From Verrucomicrobiota bacterium (GTDB taxonomy: Bacteria > Verrucomicrobiota > Verrucomicrobiia > Limisphaerales > Palsa-1400): 64,000 bases of DNA. The translations under genes were made by a program, and so were the position numbers. Positions 63,493 to 64,000 of the stretch are shown here, one piece after another; position 1 is the stretch's first letter; each line of letters begins with the position of its first letter. Under the pieces are notes generated by a model. It had not been told where the DNA came from. It worked only from the letters and a program-made list of their open reading frames with translations, and did no database searches. The stretch spans positions 224,001 through 288,000 of the forward strand of contig JBEKYR010000001.1 in assembly GCA_049510745.1 (NCBI GenBank), in the 5' to 3' direction.

Positions 63493-64000
63493 TCAGTCTC
63501 CCGGACGCGAGGCGAGGCTCATCAGCTTGGAACTGATTTTCAACCCCGCGCTCGTGGCCGCGTCCTTGTTGATCTGGAAGCGGATTTTATTCCCTTTGAG
63601 GACGAAATTGATCATGCCGCCGGTTTCGGTGAAACGGTCCGTCTCCCCCACGGTCAGCACACTGGCCCCTTTGAGCCTCTCAAGGATCGCCGGCAGCCGC
63701 TCTTTTTCGGAGGCACTGATGAAAAGAATGTGGCAGTTGGTTGCTTCTGTCGGCGAACGAAGTTCCTTGATCACCAGGGGGTGGTCATCGACGGTCTTAT
63801 TCTGAATCATTCGCGCGAGATCGTCGTGGAACGGGTTTTCACCCAGAATGCCGATGACAATCGGTGATGCCTTCCCGGCAAAGGCCCTCGGCGGCCATTC
63901 AACGAATTTCGCGAAATTGAAAAGGAACGCGGCCTTGATCTGGTATTCCGTCGGCTGCGATTCTTGCGCGTGGCCATTGCCGCCGACCACCAGCAGCCAG
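63493..64000 (-). CDS. YfiR/DUF4154-family protein, 5' end outside window
   Basis: EYQIKAAFLFNFAKFVEWP, CHILF, GGMINF, GLKISSKL. Confidence 0.9.
   Translation of the reverse strand, partial: WLLVVGGNGHAQESQPTEYQIKAAFLFNFAKFVEWPPRAFAGKASPIVIGILGENPFHDDLARMIQNKTVDDHPLVIKELRSPTEATNCHILFISASEKERLPAILERLKGASVLTVGETDRFTETGGMINFVLKGNKIRFQINKDAATSAGLKISSKLMSLASRPGD

Overview
GC-rich bacterial chromosomal segment. The gene families suggest Verrucomicrobiota (Pedosphaera-like); this is an inference. From left to right it holds: (1) a divergent pupylation-like cassette (5'-truncated Dop/PafA-family gene, a 67-aa Pup-like protein ending GGQ, and a PafA-family ligase fused to a TPR-like tail) with no proteasome genes in view; (2) an alpha-2-macroglobulin/pbpC pair; (3) a ~23 kb xylan/hemicellulose CAZyme cluster (GH95, GH51, GH43, GH10, GH67, GH29, CE1 x4, CE6, an alpha/beta hydrolase and one uncharacterised secreted protein); (4) housekeeping and surface-protein genes (GDP-mannose epimerase, dihydropyrimidinase, ruvB, RCC1-repeat and propeller/Ig proteins), a VapBC pair, an ECF sigma operon and an MglA/MglB module; (5) a 5 kb array upstream of intact comM in which five direct-repeat copies of the comM 5' end alternate with unrelated small cargo, including two antitoxins with truncated toxins; (6) an IS remnant and a YfiR-like/histidine kinase operon. 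The comM-fragment cassette array and the Pup-like system are the best candidates for undescribed biology. All family assignments come from motif recognition by eye; no searches were run.
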